From positions 723,272-755,271 of the forward strand of contig NZ_LT963434.1 of assembly GCF_900199515.1 (NCBI RefSeq): DNA of 32,000 nt, in the 5' to 3' direction. The notes beneath the pieces were generated by a model that saw nothing but the letters and a program-made list of their open reading frames with translations, was not told the DNA's origin and did not search any database. Below are positions 13,701 to 19,786 of the stretch, in pieces; within the stretch, counting starts at the first letter, position 1; each line of letters begins with the position of its first letter. The stretch is from Massilicoli timonensis. Its GTDB lineage: Bacteria; Bacillota_I; Bacilli_A; Erysipelotrichales; Erysipelotrichaceae. Made by a program: the position numbers and the translations under genes.

Positions 13701-15539
13701 CTCCAATATGACCGGCTGCAAGAGCTGGGCATGGCCCACTTTGACTGCTGGGCGTCCCGGTTTGGCGAAACCGTGACGGCGCTGGAGCTGGCCCCGGAGG
13801 GCACCGGCTACCGGGCCAGAACCCGTTTCTCCAAGTTCTTTAACCTGCCGGAGCTGATGAACTTGTTCAAAGAAATCGCGGACATCAAAACCGCCGACCA
13901 GCTGCACCTGCCCACGCCCCAGGTGGAGTACCACAACATCGTGGCTCAGCCCACCGAACAGCAGCAGGAAATGGTGAAGGCGCTCTCGGAGCGCGCTTCC
14001 CTGGTACACAGCGGTACAGTGGACCCGTCCCAAGACAATATGCTCAAGATCACCAGCGACGGGCGCAAGCTGGGGCTGGACCAGCGGATCATCAACCAGC
14101 TGCTGCCGGATGAGCCGGGCACCAAGGTCAATCAGTGCGTGAACAACATCATGCAGATCTGGCGGGATGGCGAGGCCGACAAGCTGACCCAGCTGGTGTT
14201 CTGCGACATCTCCACGCCCCAGGCCAAACCCGCCAAAAAGGTGGCCAAGGCGCTGGACAACCCGACCCTCCACGCTTTGGAGGACGCGGTGCCGCTGGAT
14301 GAGCCGGAACCGGCCTTTACCGTGTATGAGGACATCCGGCAGAAGCTCATCGCCCAGGGCGTACCCGCCGAGCAGATTGCCTTTATCCATGAGGCCAACA
14401 CCGAGGTGCGCAAAAAGGAGCTGTTCTCCAAGGTCCGCACCGGCCAGGTGCGCGTCCTGCTGGGCAGCACGGCCAAAATGGGCGCGGGCACCAACGTGCA
14501 GGACCGCCTGGTGGCGCTGCATGACCTGGACTGCCCGTGGCGGCCCGGCGACCTGGCCCAGCGAAAGGGACGCATCGAGCGCCAGGGCAACCAGAACGAA
14601 ACCGTCCATGTGTACCGCTATGTCACCGAGGGGACTTTCGACGCCTACCTCTGGCAGACGGTGGAAAACAAACAGAAATTCATCAGCCAGATCATGACCT
14701 CCAAATCGCCGGTGCGAAGCTGCGACGATGTGGACGAAACGGCGCTGTCCTTTGCCGAGATCAAGGCGCTGTGCGCCGGGGACCCGCGCATCAAGGAACG
14801 CATGGACCTGGATGTGGACGTGGCGCGGTTAAAGCTGATGAAGGCCGACCACCAGAGCAAACAGTACCGCCTGGAGGACCAGCTACTGAAAACCTTCCCG
14901 GAGGAGATCGAGAAAAACAAGGGGTTTATCGCCGGACTGGAAGCCGATATGGCGACCTTGGCCGCCCATCCCCACCCGGAGGACGGCTTTGCCGGGATGG
15001 AAGTCCGTGGCGACACCCTCACCGACAAGGAAAACGCTGGGGCCGCGCTGCTGGACGCCTGCAAGGAGGTCAAAGGGGCCGACCCGGTGCCGGTGGGCAG
15101 TTACCGGGGCTTCACCATGTCGGTGTCGTTTGACGCTTTCCGGCAGGAGTATATGCTCCTGCTGAAAGGCCAGATGACCCACCGGGCGACGCTTGGCACA
15201 GACCCCCGTGGAAATCTCACCCGTATCGACAATGCGCTCAGCCAGATGCCCCAGCGGCTGGAGGCGGTGAAGAACCAGCTGGACAATCTCTACCAACAGC
15301 AGGCCGCCGCCAAAGCGGAGGAGGGCAAGCCCTTCCCCCAGGAACAGGAGCTGCGGGGTAAATCCGCCCGGCTGGCCGAACTGGACGTACTGCTGAATAT
15401 GGACGGCCGGGGCCGCCCTGCGCCGGAGGCGGTGCTTGCCAAGAGCAGCCGCCCCTCGGTGCTGGAAGGGCTGAAACGCCCGGTGCCGCCGCGCAATCCC
15501 GAAAAGAAACCCAAACACCACGAACAGGAGGTGCGATAA
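7737..15539 (+). CDS. Giant polyvalent protein (2600 aa): ArdC-N-like module, linker, helical modules, N6-adenine DNA methyltransferase, SNF2/DEAD-type helicase, coiled-coil tail (phage P1 DarB-like architecture)
   Basis: GGGAGGA lies 10 nt upstream of ATG 7737. ArdC-N-like YPFHEQLMIYAQRPDATACAEYDLWNNRMGRYVRRGSKGIAL. MTase motif I LEPSCGVGNFF (about 10974-11006) and motif IV GNVPFG (11163-11180). Helicase Walker A GAGKT (13011-13025), DEAH (13494-13505), motif VI QRKGRIERQG (about 14560-14590). Uninterrupted frame. Confidence 0.9.
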   Translation: MPTKAEQYAQMADQVARQLTGSWQEWAGFLTNAARLYKYPFHEQLMIYAQRPDATACAEYDLWNNRMGRYVRRGSKGIALVDDSGDRPRLRYVFDISDTGTREHSRTPWLWTLNEEHTAPVMAMLERNYDVSGGDLAQQLADVAAKLAEEYWADHRRDILPIVDGSFLEEYDEYNIEVQFKSAATVSITYALMSRCGLEPEQYFSHEDFMPIFDFNTPAVIGALGTAVSQANQQVLRQIGVTIQNYERAKSAERSATHGEQSDLHSERGLPDSRPEPERAAGEAPGQVRQDAQSVPEAAPAHSVQPAADDREAVPAPAGDRRDGEPAVGADDAPTSRDGGRDGGAESRRPDAVGGPDEHLQSPGGGDSAGGTYQQLTLNLFLTEAEQIQQIDEAESVKTPSAFSFAQEQPQPEAADHEPEAARLTLRELHERYKPIVLEAVTKDTRYQNTCGHSDYKSAVIEGRSAIQRAVLASGNKELLHLYSYTPEFRQRLHREVIAETYPKLHELLRPLSDNDIDRAIQDWNGKIESKHAVVRYMKDHTREKDTAAWLAHEFDGGDGKTPFAVRPESPNGTMLPWPKVQRRIAQLIKEDRFYTQEEQDRFDNIDPIAIREALAERGIVNGQVVAPEKLDNDPFIQQVMQDVEAVSAEEQAEAEPPAPDLSGQPVTREGDTLTIGGGEPTHEMDITVSDEEYEAIRQAIPETEAPTASDPATPPYHVGDTVYLENQEYQITELREDTVQLLPSGMSYPIFRAESQERFETLLRADTRNEAINEFLPVNPDTADQDLRDVLAHSLIGAPDKAELSELLHTGKPNREIAQWLGRAFPGIVETMELETGDTADYRTTSEGIELEVLDADEKRLAMLYFRWDEVAPLLRGLYARQLDGFGQEQAEPYMEAPAAVEEPAEAAKPVEEPAAEAPAFHSEPVTVYPGEQNHLPYDVVVERLHVDQPEATPPEPRPPENFRILDDDLGKGGPKEKFWCNIKAIATLKQIEQENRYATPEEQHILSQYVGWGGLADAFDPDKPAWAAEYAELKELLTPEEYEAARASTLNAHYTSPTVIRAIYDAVEQMGFRTGNILEPSCGVGNFFGMLPESMAGSRLYGVELDSISGRIAQQLYPKANITVAGFETTDRRDFYDLAIGNVPFGQYQVNDKAYNKLGFNIHNYFFAKALDQVRPGGVVAFVTSRYTMDAKDSTVRRYLAQRAELLGAIRLPNNAFRANAGTDVVSDILFLQKRDRPLDIAPDWTQTGRTEEGFTVNQYFLDHPEMVLGRPTAESTQYGKQDYTVAPIEGLELADQLHDAVKYIRGTYQEAALPELGEGEDIDESLPADPNVKNYSYTVVDGAVYFRENSRMVRPDLNATAEARVKGLVGLRDCVQRLIDLEMDAAAPDADIREQMAELNRLYDAFSAKYGLINDRANRLAFSDDSSYYLLCALEVLDEDGRLERKADMFTKRTIKPHEAVTTVDTASEALAVSISEKACVDMAYMEQLTGKTGEELADELRGVIFRVPGQTEPDGTPHYVTADEYLSGNVRRKLRQAQRAAEQDPAFTVNVEALTAAQPKDLDASEIEVRLGATWIDKEYIQQFMYETFDTPFYLQRSIEVHYTPFTAEWQISGKNVVGQNNVAAYSTYGTGRANAYKILEDSLNLRDVRIYDTVEDADGKERRVLNAKETTLAAQKQQAIRDAFRDWIWRDPERRQALVRQYNEEMNATRPREYDGSHIVFGGMNPAITLREHQKNAIAHVLYGGNTLLAHEVGAGKTFEMVGAAMEAKRLGLCQKSLFVVPNHLTEQWASEFLRLYPSANILVTTKKDFEKHNRKKFCARIATGDYDAIIMGHSQFEKIPISKERQERLLHEQIWEITEGIAEVEASGGERFTVKQLERTKKSLEARLEKLQAEGRKDDVVTFEQLGVDRLFVDEAHNYKNLFLYTKMRNVAGLSTTDAQKSSDMFAKCRYMDEITGGRGVVFATGTPVSNSMTELYTMQRYLQYDRLQELGMAHFDCWASRFGETVTALELAPEGTGYRARTRFSKFFNLPELMNLFKEIADIKTADQLHLPTPQVEYHNIVAQPTEQQQEMVKALSERASLVHSGTVDPSQDNMLKITSDGRKLGLDQRIINQLLPDEPGTKVNQCVNNIMQIWRDGEADKLTQLVFCDISTPQAKPAKKVAKALDNPTLHALEDAVPLDEPEPAFTVYEDIRQKLIAQGVPAEQIAFIHEANTEVRKKELFSKVRTGQVRVLLGSTAKMGAGTNVQDRLVALHDLDCPWRPGDLAQRKGRIERQGNQNETVHVYRYVTEGTFDAYLWQTVENKQKFISQIMTSKSPVRSCDDVDETALSFAEIKALCAGDPRIKERMDLDVDVARLKLMKADHQSKQYRLEDQLLKTFPEEIEKNKGFIAGLEADMATLAAHPHPEDGFAGMEVRGDTLTDKENAGAALLDACKEVKGADPVPVGSYRGFTMSVSFDAFRQEYMLLLKGQMTHRATLGTDPRGNLTRIDNALSQMPQRLEAVKNQLDNLYQQQAAAKAEEGKPFPQEQELRGKSARLAELDVLLNMDGRGRPAPEAVLAKSSRPSVLEGLKRPVPPRNPEKKPKHHEQEVR
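8509..8865 (+). CDS. tnpV: TnpV-family protein (118 aa) nested in the +1 frame inside the giant gene
   Basis: GAAAGGAG lies 8 nt upstream of ATG 8509. MENNLTYIQNGDYLIPDLSLSEQPEKPLGKYGRMRKAYLKQHRPILYNQLLMTEKLYPHLREIDETANQRLEQMMPQLAETAGATEALKAADPMQWVGLMNTCKAQAEEILLAELINS matches my memory of the Tn4451-type TnpV family. By hand count about 105 of 118 codons end in G/C in this frame. Confidence 0.7.
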   Translation: MENNLTYIQNGDYLIPDLSLSEQPEKPLGKYGRMRKAYLKQHRPILYNQLLMTEKLYPHLREIDETANQRLEQMMPQLAETAGATEALKAADPMQWVGLMNTCKAQAEEILLAELINS

Positions 15540-15540
15540 G

Positions 15541-16608
15541 ATGAATACCGATAAAAACACGGCCCTTTATGAAAAGATGGCCGCCGAACAGGACAAGTTC
15601 CGGGACTGGCTGAAAAGCCAGCCCCCGGAGGTAATTCTAAAGCATACCTATGAGTACACGGTCCGGGAGGACATTTTGATGGCGATGGAGGAGCTTGACC
15701 TGCCCCAAAGCCGGGCCGCCGCGCTGCTGGCATCGCCGTCCCCGCTGGCCGATGTCTACAAGGAGTTTTCTGACCGGGAAATTTCCTACATGGATGTGGT
15801 GCGGGACAGCATCGAACAGCGGGCCGAGGCGGCGCTGGACGCCCAGCGGGAACTGCCGCTCTACCGGCACGACGCCGCCTATGCCCGCGAACAGGGCGAC
15901 CTGGATTTGTACCGGGCGTCCCGCCGCGCCAACATCGCCTGCAAGGAGGCCATCGAGGCGTCCATTTCGGAACATTACCGGGACAGCCGGCTGGACAAGG
16001 ACGCGGTACCCCAGGTGATCGAGCAGTTCGGCTATACCCGCACCCTCTATGTGCTGGCAAACACCGTGCAGCAGAAAGATTGGGATGAGCGTTTCAGCCC
16101 GGCCAACAAGGCGTGGGCCAGGACGGTGGACATCCCGCCCAACCCGGACGGCTTTGGCGGCGAACGCAACCTGGACTTTGTGGTGGACAGCCACTCCGGC
16201 CTGGTCGATCTGTTCTTGAGCCAGGCGCGGCAGGACTATCTGCGGCTCCAGCCGCTGACACCGGAGGAAATCCGCGCCGAGGCCGTCCGGCTCTTGCAGG
16301 AGCTTCGTGCGCCGGATACGCCCAACAGCCCCCACGGCACCCACTACATGGCCCGCGTTTCGCCGGACTTTCTGGCCCGCGCAGGCACCCAGGCTCATGA
16401 CCGGCTGATGGCGCTGCTGCCGTTCCGCAGTCTGGCGATCACCGGCATGAAGGACCTGCCCGGCACCTATGTTACCATCCTGGCCAGCGAGGACCGCTCC
16501 AAGGAGCTGCGCCAGCGCCGCCCTTCGGTCCGCCGCCAGCTGAAACAGGAGCCGCGTTCCGCTGAAAAGAAAGCGCCCGTTCGTAAGGAAAAGGAGCCGG
16601 AGCGGTGA
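15541..16608 (+). CDS. DUF3848/DUF3849-like conjugative-element protein
   Basis: ATG lies 1 nt after the giant gene's stop. N-terminus ...QDKFRDWLKSQPPEVILKHTYEYTVREDILMAME, then LYRHDAAYAREQGDLDLYRASRRANIACKEAIEASISEHY, as remembered for these two DUFs. Confidence 0.7.
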   Translation: MNTDKNTALYEKMAAEQDKFRDWLKSQPPEVILKHTYEYTVREDILMAMEELDLPQSRAAALLASPSPLADVYKEFSDREISYMDVVRDSIEQRAEAALDAQRELPLYRHDAAYAREQGDLDLYRASRRANIACKEAIEASISEHYRDSRLDKDAVPQVIEQFGYTRTLYVLANTVQQKDWDERFSPANKAWARTVDIPPNPDGFGGERNLDFVVDSHSGLVDLFLSQARQDYLRLQPLTPEEIRAEAVRLLQELRAPDTPNSPHGTHYMARVSPDFLARAGTQAHDRLMALLPFRSLAITGMKDLPGTYVTILASEDRSKELRQRRPSVRRQLKQEPRSAEKKAPVRKEKEPER

Positions 16609-16949
16609 GCGCCCCCAAGCGCAAACGGGAGGTGCAGCTGAACTTCCGGGTCTCGCCGGAAGAACTGGCGCTGATCGAGCAGAAGATGGTCCAGCTGGGG
16701 ACAAAGAACCGGGAAGCCTACCTGCGCAAGATGGCCCTGGACGGCTATGTGGTGCGCCTGGAACTGCCGGAGCTGAAGGAGTTGGTGTCCCTGATGCGCT
16801 ATTCCAGCAACAACCTGAACCAGCTGACCCGCCGTGTGCATGAAACCGGGCGCATTTACGACGCCGACCTGGAGGATATATCCCGGCGGCAGGAGGCTTT
16901 GTGGGATGGGGTGCATCAGGTATTGACCCAGCTGGCAAAGCTGTCGTGA
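16605..16949 (+). CDS. mobC: MobC-family relaxosome accessory protein
   Basis: GTG start overlapping the upstream stop (GTGA), with GGAG 7 nt upstream. RHH-like N-terminus VQLNFRVSPEELALIEQK and the MobC hallmark LMRYSSNNLNQLTRRVHETG. Confidence 0.85.
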   Translation: MSAPKRKREVQLNFRVSPEELALIEQKMVQLGTKNREAYLRKMALDGYVVRLELPELKELVSLMRYSSNNLNQLTRRVHETGRIYDADLEDISRRQEALWDGVHQVLTQLAKLS

Positions 16950-16973
16950 CAGGGGCATACGCCCCGGCTTTGA

Positions 16974-17026
16974 GGGAGGTCCGGCGTGTGCGTGCGGCTG
17001 CGCCGGGCCTCCCTCTTTTTTTCTTT
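16974..17026 (+). terminator. Intrinsic terminator of mobC
   Basis: 13-bp stem GGGAGGTCCGGCG (16974-16986) / CGCCGGGCCTCCC (17001-17013, one G-U pair) followed by TCTTTTTTTCTTT. Confidence 0.75.
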
Positions 17027-17546
17027 GGTGTGTCCAGCAAAGCTGGACCACACTAGCCGGTGCAAGTCCGGTCACAGTAATCGCCAGTGAGCTGTGTAGC
17101 TAAACTCGGTGCGTTGCAGTAATGCAGGGTACTAAGCGAGTGGATAAAGTAGCCTCGATAAGAGGAGCGAGCAATCATGCAGACCGTAACATAAAGTGAA
17201 TTCTGCCGTATCGTTAAAAAGGTCTCGAAAGAGAGCAAAGAGAAGTTGAGTCCTGCGAATATGGGCGAAAACCATGGAACGTGTGAAGAAACTGGAAAGC
17301 AGCACGGAAGAATCTCTCGGTATAGAGGAAGCGGTATGTATGAAAAGTGTGGTTCGGAACTGGAGAGACCCTACCCATCACCGAAGGGTAAAGAGAAAGC
17401 GTATAAGCTTGGCGAAATCGTATTTCTGATGGGAGGGAGTCGGAGAGGAACATAGTACCGATAATGGCTGTGCAAGAAAACGCAGTCTATGGGAAGGTTC
17501 CTTACTTCATTCATGTTTGTAGAGAGGGTAAGAGTGAGAGAATGTC

Positions 17547-18836
17547 ATGCAGACTAATAACTCCAAGGAAAAAGTTCGACAACTTCAAAACAAACTATAT
17601 CTAACAGCCAAGAAATGTGCTAGCCGAAGATTTCATGCACTATACGATAAAGTATACCGGGATGATGTACTTTTCGAGGCATGGAAACGGGTAAAAGCTA
17701 ATAAGGGTTCCAATGGAGTGGATGGTATCGGAATTGAGGATATTGAAGCGATAGGAATTGAGAAATATCTGACAGATATAAAAGCAGAACTGGCGGACGG
17801 CAGATACAAACCGTCCCCAGTAAAGCGGGTGATGATACCAAAGCCAGACGGAAGTAAAAGACCCCTTGGAATACCAACGGTCAAAGACAGAATCGTGCAG
17901 ATGGCTGCAAAGATAGCTATAGAGCCAGTTTTTGAAGCAGATTTTAGAGACTGCTCCTATGGCTCCAGACCCAAAAGAAGTGCTAAGCAGGCGCTTGAAA
18001 AAGTCAGAAAAGCATGTAACAACAAAGGCTACTATGTAGTAGATGCAGATATTGAGAAATTCTTTGACAATGTAAACCAGGACAAGCTGATGGTGTTAGT
18101 AGAACAGAGAATATCAGACCGGAGAATACAAAAGCTGATAAGGCAATGGCTGAAATCAGGAGTATTATACGGGAATATACTGACAATCTCTGAACTGGGC
18201 ACAAGTCAGGGATCAGTTATATCTCCGTTACTGGCAAATATCTACCTGAACACACTGGACAGATTGTGGGAAAAGTATGGACTCACCCACGGTATTCTTG
18301 TGAGGTACGCAGACGATACAGTAATCATTTGCAAAAATAAGAAAAGTGCAAACCATGCACTGAACTTATTGCGTTACATCATGGCAAAACTGGACTTAAA
18401 GCTGCATCCAAAGAAGACGAAGATTGTCAGCATGTGGGATGGAAAAGAGGGATTTGATTTTCTCGGAATGCATCACAGAAGAATGACAACGGAAACAAGC
18501 AAAGGACAACTGTATAAGGAAACATATCAGTATCCAAGCAGAAAAGCCATGAAGAAAATGAAAGCAGAAATCAAAAGGAATGTAAACAGCCGAAGTCTGC
18601 TGGTAGCAAAAGAGGAAGATTTAATAAAGAATCTGAACCCGAAAATCACAGGGTGGAAGAATTACTATTCTACCAAGACAAACGAAAGGTGGATGCAGAC
18701 GCTCGACTGGTACATTATCTGTACTTTTACAAGATGGTATAACAAGAAACACCAAAGGCGTAACCATATGTCAAAGGTGGGATTTGTTAGAAATAGCATT
18801 TACGAAAAAGGATTAAAGAAAATGGCTAGAGCATGA
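17547..18836 (+). CDS. Group II intron reverse transcriptase/maturase (no En/HNH domain)
   Basis: RT blocks RFHALYDKVYRDDVLFEAWKRVKANKGSNGVDG, IPKPDGSKRPLGIPTVKDRIVQ, VVDADIEKFFDNV, GTSQGSVISPLLANIYLN and YADD. Maturase X motif GWKNYY. The short C-terminus has no Cys/His nuclease motif. Confidence 0.95.
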   Translation: MQTNNSKEKVRQLQNKLYLTAKKCASRRFHALYDKVYRDDVLFEAWKRVKANKGSNGVDGIGIEDIEAIGIEKYLTDIKAELADGRYKPSPVKRVMIPKPDGSKRPLGIPTVKDRIVQMAAKIAIEPVFEADFRDCSYGSRPKRSAKQALEKVRKACNNKGYYVVDADIEKFFDNVNQDKLMVLVEQRISDRRIQKLIRQWLKSGVLYGNILTISELGTSQGSVISPLLANIYLNTLDRLWEKYGLTHGILVRYADDTVIICKNKKSANHALNLLRYIMAKLDLKLHPKKTKIVSMWDGKEGFDFLGMHHRRMTTETSKGQLYKETYQYPSRKAMKKMKAEIKRNVNSRSLLVAKEEDLIKNLNPKITGWKNYYSTKTNERWMQTLDWYIICTFTRWYNKKHQRRNHMSKVGFVRNSIYEKGLKKMARA

Positions 18837-18865
18837 CGTAATGCTGTAGAAAGAAGAATGTCGGA

Positions 18866-18898
18866 AAGCCGTGTGAGGGAGAACCTCATGCACGGTTT
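18866..18898 (+). ncRNA. Group II intron domain V
   Basis: AAGCCGTGTGAGGGAGAACCTCATGCACGGTTT contains the AGC catalytic triad, two helices separated by a 2-nt bulge on the 3' strand, and a GNRA-like loop. Confidence 0.7.
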
Positions 18899-19003
18899 GA
18901 TGAGGGGAAAGAGGGCCAAAGCCCTCTAACCTACTCTACCCCGTATCGTTGCACTTTTACAAACCACAAGCGATAATATCATCAGAAACGGAGGTGAAGG
19001 CTG

Positions 19004-19309
19004 ATGTTGACATTTGAAAATATCTTGGAGTTGTTTCAAGAGTATCTGCTGTGTGACCCGGAGGAAGAAGTCCTCCCGTGCAAACGCGGCTATGTCCGAT
19101 TGACTTGGAACAAGGATTCCCGCTACTGTGTGGACGGTATCCTCTGCCGAATCCCGGAGGAACTGTTTGACCTGTTGCTCACGGATTACCAGGACTTTGA
19201 ATTGCTCCGCCGGACGAAAGGCCGCCGGGAAGTTACAGAAGCCGATGAAAAAGCCGTGAAAGAACTGTGCCAGCCCTACCTGGACTGGCGGAAGGAGGCG
19301 CTGAAATGA
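19004..19309 (+). CDS. Hypothetical protein (101 aa)
   Basis: GGAGG lies 9 nt upstream of ATG 19004. The ORF is coupled (ATGA) to the next gene. No domain recognised. Confidence 0.6.
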   Translation: MLTFENILELFQEYLLCDPEEEVLPCKRGYVRLTWNKDSRYCVDGILCRIPEELFDLLLTDYQDFELLRRTKGRREVTEADEKAVKELCQPYLDWRKEALK

Positions 19310-19617
19310 GAGCGGTGCTGTTTATTTTGAAATTGGGGCTGAAAATCCTTGCCGTGCCGGTGGTGCTGGCGCTGACGCTGTTCACCTGGCTGTGCTTCTG
19401 GCTGCTGTATGTGTCCAGCTTCATCTTCGGCCTGGTCTCCACGGTGGTGGCGCTGCTGGGGATCGCGGTGCTTGTGACCTACTCGCCGCAAAACGGCGTA
19501 ATCCTGCTGGTGATCGCCTTCCTGGTCAGCCCGCTGGGCCTGCCGATGGCCGCCGTCTGGCTGGTGGGCAAGGTACAGGACCTGCGGTATGTGATCCAGG
19601 ACGCGGTGTATGGATGA
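19306..19617 (+). CDS. Small integral membrane protein (103 aa, 3 predicted TM helices)
   Basis: GGAAGGAGG lies 7 nt upstream of ATG 19306; the track's start at 19267 is in-gene and lacks an RBS. The product MRAVLFILKLGLKILAVPVVLALTLFTWLCFWLLYVSSFIFGLVSTVVALLGIAVLV... is hydrophobic. Confidence 0.65.
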   Translation: MRAVLFILKLGLKILAVPVVLALTLFTWLCFWLLYVSSFIFGLVSTVVALLGIAVLVTYSPQNGVILLVIAFLVSPLGLPMAAVWLVGKVQDLRYVIQDAVYG

Positions 19618-19630
19618 ATCGAAAATGCAG

Positions 19631-19663
19631 AATTGCCGGGAGTAGTTGCCCGGCAATTTTTTT
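19631..19663 (+). terminator. Intrinsic terminator
   Basis: AATTGCCGGG / agtagttg / CCCGGCAATT followed by a T-run. Confidence 0.8.
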
Positions 19664-19715
19664 GACTTTACTTTCGTGCTAATTTCAGCGATGAGATTAG
19701 CATGAAAGTAAAGTC
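19664..19715. repeat. 20-bp inverted repeat with a 12-nt spacer, function unknown
   Basis: GACTTTACTTTCGTGCTAAT (19664-19683) / ttcagcgatgag / ATTAGCATGAAAGTAAAGTC (19696-19715), with one mismatch. Confidence 0.8.
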
Positions 19716-19734
19716 CACGCACATCAAAGGCATA

Positions 19735-19781
19735 TAAAAAATCAGGGTGTCGGAGCATACAACTTCCTCCGACACCCTGAT
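19735..19781 (-). terminator. Intrinsic terminator of the minus-strand AlbA_2 gene
   Basis: 15-bp stem ATCAGGGTGTCGGAG (19741-19755) / CTCCGACACCCTGAT (19767-19781). The plus-strand AAAAAA at 19735-19740 gives a U-tract on the minus strand. Confidence 0.75.
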
Positions 19782-19786
19782 TTGGT

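Larger units (their letters stand above)
17028..18939 (+). mobile_element. Group II intron, about 1.9 kb, bacterial class C-like; boundaries accurate to a few nt
   Basis: The 5' end reads GTGTG at 17028, immediately after the terminator T-tract. It contains an internal RT/maturase ORF and a domain V hairpin at 18866-18898 with an AGC triad. A domain VI-like hairpin ends ...CTACTCTAC at about 18939. The element is visibly AT-richer than its flanks. Confidence 0.8.

Noticed and set aside
9939-14609. 1556-aa ORF on the minus strand, antisense to the giant gene
   Set aside because: It is a shadow of a GC3-rich gene. The translation is G/R/A/V/H/L-rich with no motifs, while the plus strand carries clear MTase and helicase motifs.
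17206-18950. 10-nt identity ccgtatcgtt inside intron domain I (17206-17215) and in the 3' exon (18941-18950), considered as an exon-binding pairing
   Set aside because: The two sites are identical rather than complementary. Hundreds of 10-mer coincidences are expected by chance in 32 kb.
19664-19715. The 20-bp inverted repeat as an integron attC site, since class C introns also target attC
   Set aside because: It has no RYYYAAC/GTTRRRY core sites at the ends, and there is no integron integrase or cassette array nearby.
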